Of a stretch of 64,000 bases of DNA, positions 1 to 14,004 are shown in pieces. The notes below the pieces were generated by a model. It did no database searches. It was not told the DNA's origin and was given only the letters and a program-made list of their open reading frames with translations. The stretch's first letter is position 1. Every line of letters starts with the position of its first letter. This stretch comes from Psammoneis japonica (lineage: Eukaryota): NCBI GenBank assembly GCA_008632985.1, contig QPGO01000087.1, positions 186,001 through 250,000 of the forward strand, in the 5' to 3' direction. Made by a program: the position numbers and the translations under genes.

Positions 1-3000
1 CTGCAGTCACAACGTCAATGTCTTTGCGCGTCGCTTCAGTCTCTTTAGCTCCAGGCGAGCTAACTTTGCACGGGCTAGTTGCTGAAGCGCCAGGGAGAGG
101 AACTGTATCTGTACAAATCGGTAGCGGCAAACATGTCGTCTCCGGTATCGTTGGATAATGCACGCCTTGTATTGAGCAACATGACTGCATAAGCTTTTCT
201 GGCTAAAGCTCCTCTGAATCTGGTCTGGGACCATTTTGCTATATACAAGGTAGCCAACAACGTCCTTCTAGTAACATGTCTCGCCATGCACACTGAATAT
301 GTACGCGGAGCGAATGTGTCTCAGTCTCCTAACGTGCTTGATGGCACTCAGCTGCCTACAAAAGGACTGCAAAACAAGCACCGCCACAAAGCATAGTTCA
401 TACCATTCCTTGGCCAGAACATTCGTGCCGCAGACTGTATCTGTGGCCGCAGCGTTAATTTTTCTAGTACGAATGACTTCGAGAGAATCAAAAGCGCGAC
501 GACGAAGAAACACCTTTGTTCGACCCATTTGAATTCCAACATCGTCTGATTCGAAACGACCACTACAACCATGAAGATCCACATGATGAGGTGACGGCAG
601 AAAATAAAATGCAATCGAAGAGAAAAAACACACCCGAGTATTCCCTACCTCTGCTTTCTAACACTTTCTTCAGAATCTGCATCAATAATATGGCAACTTG
701 CCTCGCAACAGCGTCCACTACAGCGACGCAGAGATCTGATTCACAATTATTGTACCGCTGACGGGGCACTCCTCTCAATTCATCCATGGCAAGAATACGG
801 TATCGCTGCACAAACGCATCGTGAGCAAAACGCTGCGGAAATCCGACTCGAGATACCCGAATGGCTTCCAGCACTCCCGCACAACGCAGTTGGTCGGCAA
901 TGATTTGCGGACAAAAGCGATTCGGCACCATTCATCATTGGGTTTAAGGCAGCGAACATAATGAGGAGTTGTCTTCTCGATCCGATCTCGAAGCTCCCGG
1001 AGTTGTCGGCTAAACTGACTGCCCACACTCTCACGCATAATGGAGCTGGACGTGCGTTGGAAATGTTTTCGAACCCTGTTTCCTCCGCCACTATCAGTAG
1101 TGGTTGTGCTGCTGCTGGGAGAAGGCTCTCTCAGAATTTCACCAAAGACCGGAAGTAAGGGATGAGACGAGGACATTAAAAGATCAGTTGTTTCATTGGC
1201 AAGCTCGTCCTTGTTCTTTTCTATAAAGTGCGCCGTGTCGTACTCGACAAAGCCAGCGTAGTGATGCACCGAAAACACACACGCCACCCGTTGCGTATTG
1301 GAAGCCTGAAAGCGAGGATTGACCGAGCAGATTTCATATGTCGCACGTGCAAACGAGCTATCCGTACAACGTGGTAGTCGACATTGCTCATCCAACACGG
1401 AAAGAATGCCAGTGTGCTTCTTCTCAATCACGTCAAGGATCTCCTGGTTGTCAGGAAATGTAATAAATGACCACTCGATACCTTTCGTGAATAGAATGCA
1501 AGTGATGATGTAAGCACAGATAATGCGTCCGACAAGACGCTATCAAGGACCAACTCTGATTTTGAAACTCACCTTCCTCTTCGTATTCTTTTTGTTCCAA
1601 CTTGAAGACAAACTTGTTGAATTGCTGCTGCAGAGCCTCGTTGCAGAAATTAATACAGAGCTGCTCAAACGAATTCACGTCAAACGATTCAAACCCAAAG
1701 ATATCCAAAACTCCAATATACGCTGAACCAGTGGAATGTCTTGTTGTTGTCGACGACGGACTGTGATGGAGCTGTTGACTCTGCGTACAATGTGAGCAAA
1801 CATGGCCCCGTACGTTGCCTTGATAAGAGCCTCCAGGGCCTTGTTGGCTTGAGCAATCGACAATTTTTGACGAGGGTTTCTCCCCTTGCTTCAATCGCAC
1901 AGGTACAAAGCGCCCGATTCAAGTCATCCAACGTAATGCCCAAAGGTTAAGCATCGGATTCAATGACTTGTTGGACTCGTCCAGAACGCTCGCGTCGGAG
2001 TCTGTTTCCCAAAAGGTCAAATTGGACGCATGAAGCAAGGCACTCGCCACAGTAAAGAGTTCCACTTGTTCCATTTTTGAAAACCCAACCGTATCTAGAG
2101 CCTGAATCAAATCCTTGTACGTGGCACCGTCCTGGACACCATCTCTTCGATCAAAGGTACCAGAGCCAGACGTCATTTTGAAATCACGAGCCGACATGTT
2201 TGCAATCAGGAGAATTCGCTTTTCCTTGAAACTAGCACCCGCCAACAATTCGTAAAAGACATGATAATTCCGTTCACCCGGTGCTTGCGATAAAAGCCGG
2301 ATTTTTTCCAATAGATACGTTTCGATCGAGGCACCCACCAATTTACCGGAAGAACCGGTAAATTGAATCTCGATAAATTTACCAAATCGCGAAGAATTGT
2401 CGTTTCGTACCGTTCGGGCATTGCCAAAGGATTCCAAAATGGGATTGGATTGCAACACTTGAGATTCAATGCAAGCATCATCATCGTCATCATCGTTTGT
2501 CATGACGACGTGACTTCGTGACAGCGTGGCGAGATAACGCATGATAATTTTCGTCGTGACCGTTTTGCCCGCTCCCGACTCGCCCGACACTAAAATGGAT
2601 TGATTGGTGTGCATGTCGGTTCGATCCATTTGCAAGGCACGCAGCATGGTGCTGTACGCATCTTGGGCAATGGCATAAACATGCGGTGGAGGGCGAATGG
2701 CTACGTCTTGTTGTTGCTGCTCTATGCAATATTCCTTCATGACTTGGGCACCATACAAGTGTTTGCATTCGTGAAAGGGATTGAGTGCCAATAATATTTT
2801 GCCTGTATACGTGTAAATCAAATCTTGTTCATAACGCTGTTTGAGACAATACACCACGGCCGGTTCGTGCAGGTGTACCAGGGTCGTCAAGTCGTTCATC
2901 TCTGGAGGAGGAGTTTGCAGTTGCCACCACGTGTTTGCCATGTGAACAATCGGTTCGTTTCCGACGACGCGAGGCAGTGTGACTGTTGCGTCTTGTAGTT

Positions 3001-3394
3001 GTGGCGGTTCAAATTCAGTATCATCCAGTGTGACAGTGAGTGGAGTATTGTTGTTACTGGTTGTTTTCTGCCGATTTTCGTACAGAAGCGAAATTTCGCT
3101 TTGTCGAAGCTGGAGAGCTAACTTTTCGTAGCTTGACATGACCGAAAGGATTTGACGAATTAATTGCTGTCGGCTGTGGTTGGTTTTCTGCTTTGCCCTG
3201 ATTATTCTTCAAAGGCGTAGCAGACGATCTTGTAGCAACAACATGAGCTCGTGCCCATCCCCAGCAAGCATCGGATCGCCCTCGTTTGCGGGACGGCTTG
3301 TAACTGGGAGGCAGGGACCGCCATTTTGCAGCGCTGCTTTTACCGCATCGATGGAAACCCAAACATGGGTCGTTTCATTTCGTTGTCGTGTCAT
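1..3394 (-). CDS. Myosin heavy chain: motor domain and start of neck; 3' end runs off the window; several apparent frameshifts plus introns
   Basis: Motor motifs across consecutive ORFs: [16 protein letters not shown]-loop [80 protein letters not shown]. Start inferred at ATG 3394. Confidence 0.93.
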
Positions 3395-3996
3395 TTGGAT
3401 TGCAAAGTGCTACACAAGAACGCAATCGACACCATGGCCAAAGAAGCAAAAAAAATCGTGGTCGGGTGTACTGTGTGGCGTGGGGTGTGGGTTCTCTCGC
3501 TGTCGTGTTTCAAAAATGACATACCAACATGAATAATTTTTGTAAAATAGTTTCGATAGTGATTTAGACAATTCTCAACGCATGAGATATAAATATTATA
3601 TTTTCATTGCATTGGTTCTACTGACGTTGTGTGACAATAACCTCCAAGAGCTTGTATATAGTATAATTACACAACATACAAGTTCATGCAGACGACACTC
3701 CGAGTATTTTCAATGTACATATTCATTCTCTAAGGTTATTTAAAATAAGTGTTGCACATACAATCTCATTTTTTGAAAAATGCGCGGTAAACGGAGGCAC
3801 GACAGGCACGACCACGTCGATCGACGCGCACGGCCACAAAAAATTTAGTCGCACAAAGCTCGCCGTTTGACATTGTCACAAGTTTCCCTAACCAATAACA
3901 AAAGCTAAAGAGATCATCTCGTGAGCAAACCATAACCTTGCCATAACAACGAAAAGCACCGTCAGTTTTGTTGTGGACATATCAAAGTAATACACA

Positions 3997-5311
3997 ATGA
4001 GCCCACATCGACCAAAACAACAACAAGAAGAAAATGGCGCAAGACCGCCACAGCAGTTTGAGAATTTCTATTATCTTTCACCACAAGCAGCCGCAGCTCT
4101 GCCTGCGTTTCATTATGTCGGAGAAGACCGGTCGCTCTTATACCACTATGTGTTGTCTCCGCTAGCCGCCTATTTGGTTCAAAACTGGACGCCACGCACC
4201 TTGGCTCCCAATACCATTACGCTCTTGGGACTTGTTTAATGATTGCGTCGTATCTCGCAATGTACAGTTATGTTCCCGACATGGAGGTTGATTTGAACGA
4301 TCCACCGCCGCGTTGGCTCTTTTTTCTCAATGGCATTTCCATGCTCATTTATCAAACGCTCGACAATATGGACGGTAAGCAATCACGCAAAACCAATTCA
4401 AGCAGTCCACTCGGTTTGTTGTTTGATCACGGCTGTGATGCGGTCAATTCTGTCTTTGGGTCCGCCAATTGGCTTGTGGCCATGGGCATGCATCCTGTGA
4501 AGATTTTTGGGCCTTTTGGATCTTGGTGATTGGTCCCATGTACATGTTTTATGCCGCCACGTGGGAAGAATACTACACGGGAAAATTGGTTTTGCCCATT
4601 GTCAATGGACCGAGCGAAGGACTCTTTTTGGGAGCGACATTGAGTTTGACGACTGGTGTATTGGGAATTGATTTTTGGCAAGACACGACTTGGTATGATT
4701 CAATCATTGAACCATATCTAATACCGCTGCTGCCGTCATTTGTAATTCCAACCGAGGCGTGGAGAAATGCCGACGTGATTGTGATTGCATCGTCTCTTGG
4801 GTTTCTTCAAGAAACCGTCTTGAAGGGCATTCACGTGTGTCGTCGCTACGGACTGCAATCGTTGTCGGGATTGTTTCCCTTTTGCGTCATGAGTGCTTGT
4901 TGGTTTGGGATTGGCTATACCGATAGAAATGTTTGGATACGTGCACCACGGACCGGCATGCACTTGTGCAGTTGTCTCTTTGTGGAAATGTGCACACAAT
5001 TAATGTTGGATCACATCACCGCACAACGATTCAATCCATACCGATGGACGCTTGTGCCGCTTGTGCTATTGACTGTCTTGGTGGTCACTGGCGTTTGGGA
5101 GGCAAGCTCTACCACGGACCATTATCTCGTCGTGTACACGACGGCATTAATGACGTACACCCTCATGAAAATGGCACTGGTGATTCACGAAGCGTGTGCC
5201 ATTTTGAATATTTGGTGTTTTGATATAGTCACGCCTCGAAAAGCTGCCTCAGAAATGATGGAAAATGGAGCAAGCCATTCAACTCAACGCCAAAGAAAAA
5301 AGACATCATGA
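3997..5311 (+). CDS. CDP-alcohol phosphatidyltransferase (choline/ethanolamine phosphotransferase, CEPT/AAPT-like); split by two apparent frameshifts (~4239, ~4500)
   Basis: APNTITLLG, YQTLDNMDGKQSRKTNSSSPLGLLFDHGCD (CDP-alcohol signature), WEEYYTGKLVLP..NGPSEG, multiple hydrophobic segments. Confidence 0.92.
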
Positions 5312-5457
5312 GATATTGTTCTGCTTTTCTCGCGCAGAGGCGTGCCATGGCGCATAGTCTCAATGCGTAAACACCAAAACGTTACAAGAACTTGCTACTA
5401 TTTGTTGAAGAGAAAAGACAGGAGCCTATTACTTTTCTTAGAAATCACCATTTTTTG

Positions 5458-7299
5458 CTACGGACTGGATTTGCGTTTGTCAATTTCACTGAGTGACGTG
5501 GCAGACATGGAGGCATTGAGTGAAGTATTAGATATGGAGGGCGCAATTATTTCCTTGGTCTCTCCCGTGTAGACATCCATCATTTGAACCACTTTGGATC
5601 GCCGATCCAGCTCTTTAAAGTTCACCGATCCCCTCTTTTCCGCATCGTCGGCCGTTTCGATATTCGTTTCGTCTCCGGAACCACTCGCCTCGGTGTCATC
5701 CTGTTCTATGGCAACCGCCACACCGGCTAGACGCAAAATGGATTTGAGAATATACGTGGTTTCCACTGGCGATGTAATCCAAATGCAGGGACAAACATCC
5801 CGTGCGGCAAAGTCATTGCCCGTGTTGAGGAATTGATCACCAATGTGAAGGGTCTCGTCCACGGGTATCCCAAGATAGGATTGTAGAATTTGTACACCCA
5901 CTCGTTTGTTTCCAACATCTACCCACACGTCACGTCCTCCGTTAAAGGCACAAAACGGCAAGGACGGTCCCCGGCCACCGCGTAGCTTTTGCAACTCTTC
6001 AATCACACGAAGAACCGATTCATCGAGTGCCTCACGAGAAATGACATCACCGCTTGTCGGAATGAGACCGACGGCTCGTTTTTTGCGAATAAAGCGTGCA
6101 CGAAGCTTTTGCTCTGAAATGCTGGTTCGAATCGATGCTTCCGCGACATCCAGTAGTTCGGTAATGTCTTGTTCGGTCCAGTTGGCCGGAGAACTCTCGT
6201 CAAAATACTTGGTCGATGTCATCCAACCACCCGGTCCCGTCTCTTTGACTGCGTGGAGTTTGTAATCGCTGCCCAACTGAAAATAAAAGGAAGGAATAGT
6301 AGACAAAGATCTTGATGGGTGAATCATTAAATAGGGTTTTCAAAGAAAAGAGCGAACAACTTACGCGTAGGAGATAATTGCACTCTCCACCAAACAGGTA
6401 GAATCGTTCACACTCTGCGTCTGATAGCCCATGAGTAGCGAAAAAGTGCAGGAGTCCACTCAGACGAAACATGTACTTTTCGGTTTGGTACTCGTACCCA
6501 GCAGCCGTCACCACAGCCACCGTGACGCCCTGTTTGAGAAGCAGATAGAGATAACTGGCAAGCTTTGGGTTGGAATCGAAATTCGCTCCGTCACTGTATA
6601 GTGTTTGATCTCCATCAAAGGATATCAACTTTGGTCCACTAAAGCTATCGTCCTCACCAGTACAAGTCCCGTCCTCCGAGCCATCGAGGGAAAGGGGAGG
6701 AGGTGAAAGCTGCGGCGCCACCAAGAGTGGAGAGGGAGAATCATGCTCCGAGGTGGACCACCGAATCAACGCCCTGTCCTCTTCTCCGCGAGATGACACC
6801 CCCTCCTTGTCTCCTTTTCGCATGGCCATGATTTGTGCCAAATTTAAAATATGACGAATTTCATTAAAGGAAATGTACACGTGCCTCCGTTTTGTCAATC
6901 GGTGCTTGGCGTTGTACGCTTCAAACGCTCGGCGGAGTGGAAGACGCGTGTGAAAGGTCCCCACAGTGGGCACGAGTAGCTTTAAACGTGAGGGCTGGTC
7001 CAGACCTTGTGCGACCATTTGACGGTGCTCATCAATGAGCTCTTCAAAATGACTAAAGGTATCCGCGCCGGTGGTTTCGAGAGCGTCCAGCACAAAGCTA
7101 TGCATGAGCATACTCTTCATCCTGTACGAAAAACAAGAAGGGAAAACAATGTCGTGCAATGTGTGTGAGTATAAGGAGACGACTGACGAGCTCTGATGAG
7201 CAGTTAGACAACGACTACAAAAAAAACTCACCACTCAATCAACCCATCCCGACGGTGCGGAGTGAGGAGGTAGTTTCGTCTCCTCGATGAAAAGGACAT
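5458..7299 (-). CDS. ISN1: IMP-specific 5'-nucleotidase (HAD family), about 3 exons
   Basis: Exon 1 MSFSSRRRNYLLTPHRRDGLIEW then gtgag donor; SFNEIRHILN, HAD motif FDGDQTLY, VTAAGY, GGECNYL, CAFNGGRDVWVDVGNK, HIGDQF..GNDF. Confidence 0.92.
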
Positions 7300-7649
7300 T
7301 GTTTACTTCTTGACGCAAATCAAATATTATAGACTGAGTAATCTTAACTACAGATGCGTGTATTCGATAGAAATGCGGGAAAGAAGCTGAACGGCAACGT
7401 CAAGTATGAGACGACGACGACAGAGGCATCATTGTGGGCCAGAACCGCTTGCCAAACCAAAACGAACGCGAATCACGCGAATCTTTAATTTCCGGATTTC
7501 TTATAAGTTTTCGTTCTTAGGTTGGTGCGCTTTTTGGCTTTTGGAAACCGCCGCCGCCCGAAAAGCCGAAAAATCATCACGCGCACTTTTCAATGTTTTC
7601 TGTGTTGCAGTGTGTGGCTAATAGATACGTAAACAACAGCAATAACATC

Positions 7650-8429
7650 ATGTCGCAACATACAACTTCCTTTGAAGTACGAGTAGCCAAAGAAACCTTC
7701 AAATTCAACGCGGCACATTTTGTGGCTTTTCGTGGATTTCGTGAACGCCTCCATGGGCACAATTACCTCGTTTCGGTACGGCTTTTGGGTTCGAGAAAAA
7801 TTGGCCCGGACGGATATTTAATTGACTTTGGATGCGTCAAGGATGTGGCAAAAGTGGTTTGTAAGGAACTTAATGAGCACTTTCTTTGTCCCACATTGTC
7901 GGATGTAATGGATATAAGAGTATCTTCTCAAGAAAATGGGCAAGAAATCGTGTCTCTGGAATGTGAGGATGGATCCACGTTTGTCTTTCCAAAAGGCGAC
8001 TGTGCCATGTTGCCTATTGTTCATGCTACAGCAGAAGAACTAGCAATTTATTTGTGGGGGAGAATTTTAAATGGACTTGATGCAGACTATCTTTTGAAAA
8101 GAGGGATTCACACCATGGAGGTTACTGTGGCCGAAGCGATAGGCCAAGATGCCACGTTTCGCATGGAGATTCCGGACGGAGTTGACGGTGATAGCAAGGT
8201 GTTTGATGTGGCAAGCTATATCATGGGTGGTGATGTGATACCAATGCCTTGTCTGGAGAACAAAGAAGCTCGAAACTGCCGCGCCGGCAATTGTAAAGGC
8301 TGCCTAACTCAAGTATCCTCGCAACTACAGCTGCTTGCCGATGCCATTAACTCTGGGAAGCTGCTGTCGGAAGGGTCGACCAAACAAATCTCTGTAAAGG
8401 ACCTCGAGAATGCAATAAAGAACTCCTAG
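7650..8429 (+). CDS. 6-pyruvoyl-tetrahydropterin synthase / QueD-family protein
   Basis: FNAAHF, ERLHGHNY, GYLIDFG, TAEELA, V.E motifs of the T-fold PTPS family. Confidence 0.9.
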   Translation: MSQHTTSFEVRVAKETFKFNAAHFVAFRGFRERLHGHNYLVSVRLLGSRKIGPDGYLIDFGCVKDVAKVVCKELNEHFLCPTLSDVMDIRVSSQENGQEIVSLECEDGSTFVFPKGDCAMLPIVHATAEELAIYLWGRILNGLDADYLLKRGIHTMEVTVAEAIGQDATFRMEIPDGVDGDSKVFDVASYIMGGDVIPMPCLENKEARNCRAGNCKGCLTQVSSQLQLLADAINSGKLLSEGSTKQISVKDLENAIKNS

Positions 8430-8553
8430 TAGCTTAATTTAGCATCGAATATGCTTCCCACAACCTGCGGGAATGTCAACCACACGGTGCATAGCTTGAT
8501 ATAAGAAACATGCCACTTGACAAACACAAAACTCCGTATGAACCCTGAGTGCT

Positions 8554-9661
8554 TTACTCCTTCTTCTTTTTTGGCGGGGCCTTCTTGGAAGCAAGAGAGT
8601 AGGCAAAAGTACCACAGATAGCGATTGCTGATCCAATGACTGTATTGCGTTCCATGGCTTCTTGGAAAACTATGGAAGACACCACAATGATAATGACACG
8701 CTTGGCCGTGTTGAGGACGGATGAAGTGACGGCTCCAACATGGGCGGTAAAGGCGAAGGCACATTCGTTGTAAAAGTAAAAGAAGAACCCAGAAAGAATA
8801 ATGTTCTTCATGACAGCGTTAAAAGTGTGCTCCTCGACAGCAGCGTCCCACGTTTCCTTCAAGGTTGGGAGTTCGTTGACAACCACAAAAGGAATGGTGC
8901 AGCAGAATGAAATAATGTTCATGACGGCATAAACGTTAGCGGCATCCATGTTCTTGGAAGGGTCCGACTTGAGAGCTTTGGTAACGGAACTTCCGAGCTT
9001 GCCCTTCATGGCGGCAGAAGCGTTGGCCATGGAGGCAAAGAGGAAAGCCTGAACATTGATGTCGACGCCCTTTCCTTCCTTGACGCAGGCAAGTCCGACA
9101 CCTCCAACAATGGGGATGAGCATGGCATAAGCGAGCATCGGCTTGATCTCCATGGGAGGGACAAGCACTCCAACAACCGCGGCAAACGCGGGTTCACACG
9201 CCTTTACGATTTGAGCAAAGCTCACGGCGCCAACCGCAGACGCCAAGACGGATCCGCAGTGGGCCAAACAGGCGCAGAGACCAATGGGAATGCATGCGGC
9301 AATGTCCGACGAGGTCAGGTTGGGAGTCTTGCGGAAACCAGTACCCCACATGATGGCGCTCATGATGATACCCACAACCAACTGCGCAGAACTGACGAAC
9401 CAATGAGCGTGAATCATGTTGGACGCCTGCTTGCTGTAAATGTTGTAGAGCGTGTTTCCGGCATACCACAACACCACCAAGGCGGCCTTCAATCGACAAC
9501 AAAAGAGAAACAGTACAAGATAGTCAGACATGCTTCTCCTGAAAACAATGCAACACGTGGCAACAGACACTAAATCGGTGGTCGAGATCGTTCAGATTCT
9601 CGAAGGAACGATAATAACTTACAAGTTTGGCGTTTGAAGCTCCTCCTTCCTTTGAACTCAT
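8554..9661 (-). CDS. Triose-phosphate/phosphate translocator family protein (short exon 1 + intron)
   Basis: WYAGNTLYNIYSK, VSFAQIVKACEPAF, FYFYNE, TSSVLNTAKRVIIIV; exon 1 MSSKEGGASNAKL followed by gtaag. Confidence 0.92.
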
Positions 9662-10188
9662 ATTGGACAGGGTGTCAATGTGTAAGATGAACTCAGACCT
9701 AACAATAAACTTGTCGAAGAACAAATTGAAATGCATTGCTCCGACGACCAACGACCAACCAAAACGACACGCACGATCTCCGGGAAAAAAGGGTTCCACC
9801 GGGAACAAACGTCAGTCAACTGTGATGCGTCCCGATTCTACGTAAAATCAGTACTAAGTTCCACGTAAGTTCAAAAATCCGCCAAAACCACGTCATTCGA
9901 TCAAAATTTCAAAATCCGAAGGAAAATAATATTCAATGATGGAGATTGAAATATATCATAACGGAAAGACCTCAACGGAAGAGCCAAAACTGTGCTCACA
10001 AAATGAAGATCGAGCTCTGTCGTTTGTCAAAACCGACACATCCTCACTAATTGTATGTATACGGTAGGCGACAAGAAAGACTCCTCGCTCGCTCCGTGGG
10101 GAAGTATCTTAACTTTAGTAAAAACTACTCTTAAGGATGAGTCTGGTACATGCTGATACGACAGGCGACGACACCGTTTTTACACCAC

Positions 10189-12140
10189 CTATTCAATTTC
10201 ATCATCACTAACCTCCACACGACCAGCGGTAGGTGTCAACCAGCTCTCGATACTCTGCTGCACAGAGACGGGAGAACCGCCGTTGCCGGCAAGTTTGACC
10301 TTGACATGGCGAAAGTACGCTCTTTGATACGTTAGCACAGAGACTGCCCTGCGATAGTGGGCTTGCGACGAAAATAGCTTTACACGCCTGAGAAACTGGG
10401 TGTACTGCTCATCCAAAAGATTCATGGTGTTCACCATTGTATCAATATCCTCGGGACTGCAAAGCATTTCACTAGAACTGTCTTTCGTTGTCGCTGTACT
10501 AAGGTATGTGCAAAAGCCAGCTTGAACAGCGGCGCATACACATTGCACCGTAGCCAGACACCTAGGACCATCCATGATTAGTTCATCTCCAATCATCTCG
10601 ATCGAGACAAGCCCGACATAGGCAGAGGCAATAGCCTTCCATTGTAGAGACTCCTTGGAGCGTCTCGCAAGACCTTCATTCCCGTCTTTCTCCAAAAAAG
10701 ACTCGACATGGCCGTCCCAATCCTTGTAACCAAGACACTTCTGAAGAGCCCCAATCGCTAGCCAAGCTTTGAATTCTGCCAACTCCTTCTGAATCTTGTT
10801 GCTCTCGTTATCGATGGGAAACAACCAAACCATCAAGAACAAGCATAGCCATGCTTGAGTGTCGTCCTGATCCTCTGTCGAAGGAGAACCAGGTCCCAGC
10901 GTAGGACACTGGTTGAGGATCCGGACCACGGCGGAGTCCATCCACTTGGACAGCTCGTCTCGAGAAAGCCTCGCCACGACCGATCCCAACACAATGTGCA
11001 AAACAGATTGAAGTGCTTCCAGTACACTGATTTTTAAGGATGAAACATAAAGCAACGTACAGAGCAAAATGAGAGCAGAAGTCTTGCAAACCATCGCATA
11101 CACACCAGTCCAGACGCTTACTCTCGGCCACTGTGTACCGCCACGTCGAGCCCGGCCCTTTCCAAAGCACATAGACATTCGCTTGCTGTTTCGGAAAAAA
11201 CAGCAGAGTCGTCGCCCTCCACACAATCGTCGTACGTTGCGATACATTGCTTAGAGAGCTGAAAGAAATGTAAAAGTCCCAAAGCAATTTCTCGCTGCAC
11301 CACGTTTGGCTGATCCGATTGGGTTTCGTTTTTTTCGGATGCCCGAGACAAACCAAACCAACTCTCCAAACGAGGAACGACTTGCTTCATCGTCATGATG
11401 GGTTCTGACGGCACAAAACCATCCTTGAGGAGACGCAAAAGTGTCTTATGGGCGGCAGACGTAAATACATCAAAGTTTTCGTCACAGTCACCACTGCAAG
11501 CCACACAAAAGAGCCAGTCACAGAGGCCTTTCGGTAGCACCTTTTCATTTAGTGTCTTCACGTGGTCCACGAGTAAGCATTCTTCTAGAAACTCTAAAAG
11601 CATTCCATCTCGCAAGATATTCCGAAGAACTTTTGTCAGAGACTTCTTGGAGGAATCTTTCTCGATCTCCTTCAGAACATTCTTGAGCGCACTCGTCGCG
11701 TTCTGTTCTGAAACAAACAGAGACTTCGCATCTGCAGCTCGTAAGGGATCCAGTGTCTTGCGAACACCAAGCAGGGACGATTTTCCGGTAGTTATGGCTG
11801 ACGCCAACGCCGCACGACGGTCTGCATCCATTCCGTTGTCTTCCGCTGCTTCAATACCTTCAATTTCGTTCTGAATGTCGCTACGGCGACGCCCCTTGGT
11901 GGCTGAAGCATTTTGCACAACGCTCTCCGCCTTGGCAAGAGACTCGTCCTGAGCGGCTTCTTCTCGTTTCATTTGCTCTTTGCGCTCCATACGACGATGG
12001 GCCTTGCCGGCGTATTCAAGCTGATCGTCGAGATAAGCCATGTCGCTCATGCGTGCCTTTTCGGCCGTTCGCTTTCGTTTCTTGGTAAAGCTCAGATTCA
12101 TGTCCAGCAACGAATCATCGTCGGAATCATCGGACAACAT
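10189..12140 (-). CDS. Hypothetical protein, probably two exons, N-terminal acidic/basic NLS-like region
   Basis: Two long same-strand ORFs (11118-12140, 10189-11247) with normal codon content, probable intron near 11.03-11.13 kb; KKRKR motif. Confidence 0.65.
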
Positions 12141-12558
12141 GATGGACGATATGTATAGTCTCTCTACAGAGAATATAGAGAGCAGTGGATTATTCCGAGT
12201 GACAGCAACAGTAGCAATGCACGGTATATGCTGTTACAACTTGTGAGTGTCTTTTGAGACGGCGGATTTTTTCCCGTGATTTTTAGATGGCGCGACATGG
12301 AAACGCGCGTTTTCGCCGCGCATGGGTGATTTGACCGGATTGGCGAGATTTTGCGATTTTCTTTCTTTTGTTGCTTTTTCGTGAAGAATTGCAAAACGGC
12401 ATTTTGTGTGCGCGCGATGCGCGAAACGAAAAAACCCTCTCAACCTTCGCTTCGCTGTGTTTTCGGGTTGCAACCAACAACACCGCTTTAGGCAACGAGG
12501 AGAAGTAGGTTTCATCGCTTGTGTGATTCACATCGTCGTGTTGCATTAGTCTAGAACC

Positions 12559-14004
12559 ATGACGAGCTTGTCACGCCCAGCCGTGTCTCTAAAATTGCAT
12601 TTTGAGATGACGTCGGGGAGAGCGACGAGAGTTTGGGCATCAACAAGGTTGAGCGGCAGCGCCAATCACTTTTTTTCAAGACACGCCCACGTTTTTTATG
12701 CTGGTGTTTCAAGGGGTGTCGAGCAGCTTCCGAGGAACTGTGTTCGATTGTTTTCTGTGTCTGATCAAAGTCATAATGATGTGGCTGGGAACGACACGAA
12801 GAACTTACTTGAAGCTACTGCAGAAAAGGCCCGTTTGTTGTTTTCTGGAGATTGTTCTTCAGAAAAGACCGCAGCGAATGCAGCTGTTGTTGTCCGAGAT
12901 TTACTGGATATAACTTCTCGTACAGAACATTTATTGAAAGAGATTGAAGCCAGAGGCCCAGATGTTTGTGTAACGAATTTACATCGTTCCTTGTTGGGTG
13001 TCGCTTCTTGGTGTCTCAAGCTCTCTCCACAAGACGATGCGTTGTTGACCTTGGCTCTCGCCTTGGAACGCCGAGCAAGGGAATTGTCCTTGCCGTTTCA
13101 TATGCCGTTATATCAGAGACTTGCCGTGGCTGTAGCTGGACACTATTCTGGCGAGAAGTCTCGTTCTTCTGTCATTTTAGATGTATCCAACTGGGCGAAC
13201 GGAGCGCTCGAGCCCGTCAAATCAAGTTTCTTCAACGAGCCCCTTGCAACCTTGGTTCGTCAAAATCAGCTTGGAGAGGCCATTGAGCTACTGAAAGGAA
13301 TGCATTCTGAGCACAATATGGATTCTATAGATTACGATGCGACTGTGGAAATCTTGGACACGCTAAAGATGAATGCCAATTTGGAAGATGATGCGGACGC
13401 CATGGAACTGTTTCTCATGTTGAACAAGTCGCTTGTGCATGAGCCATCCGGTCCCGTAACGTCAGACCAAGTGGAATCCTTGGAAGATACAGTGGCGTCC
13501 ATGGTGGAAAGTGAACGCACATTGGAAGAAATCATGGACCTCGCCGAACGCTTGGCTTCTGGAGACGTTGAGGACGACGGCACCTTGGCTGCAGCGATTG
13601 ACTCTATCCTGGAATTCGCCAAGAGCCCAAACAATTTGAAAGAGTTGGCCGGTGCGCTCAAGGACAGGATAGGAGAGCCATCTGAGGCTTCCAAGAATGA
13701 AACTGTGTTTCAAGGAGTGGCACAAGTCGATCCCAAAAGTGGCGAGATCTTGCAACTGTCGTATTCTGCGGACGACCCGTCTTCTGACTGTAGTAGCAGT
13801 GACGATGAAGTTCATGACTTGGCCAAAGAAATCGTTTATGTGCGAGATGCGACGAAATGGAAGTTGCCCGACGTCGCGGACCAACTGATAGAGTTGAACG
13901 GGGGCAAGGAAGTATTGTACACGTCAGAGTATGAGGAAATGATTCTTGCAGGCATGGCCGAGGAGGAAGAACGAGAGGAGGAGTCTGACCCATTTTTATT
14001 ATGA
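12559..14004 (+). CDS. Hypothetical helical protein with putative mitochondrial presequence
   Basis: 481-aa ORF, Arg/Ser-rich N-terminus, one PPR-like segment (FFNEPLATLVRQNQLGEAIELLKGM), acidic tail. Confidence 0.7.
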   Translation: MTSLSRPAVSLKLHFEMTSGRATRVWASTRLSGSANHFFSRHAHVFYAGVSRGVEQLPRNCVRLFSVSDQSHNDVAGNDTKNLLEATAEKARLLFSGDCSSEKTAANAAVVVRDLLDITSRTEHLLKEIEARGPDVCVTNLHRSLLGVASWCLKLSPQDDALLTLALALERRARELSLPFHMPLYQRLAVAVAGHYSGEKSRSSVILDVSNWANGALEPVKSSFFNEPLATLVRQNQLGEAIELLKGMHSEHNMDSIDYDATVEILDTLKMNANLEDDADAMELFLMLNKSLVHEPSGPVTSDQVESLEDTVASMVESERTLEEIMDLAERLASGDVEDDGTLAAAIDSILEFAKSPNNLKELAGALKDRIGEPSEASKNETVFQGVAQVDPKSGEILQLSYSADDPSSDCSSSDDEVHDLAKEIVYVRDATKWKLPDVADQLIELNGGKEVLYTSEYEEMILAGMAEEEEREEESDPFLL

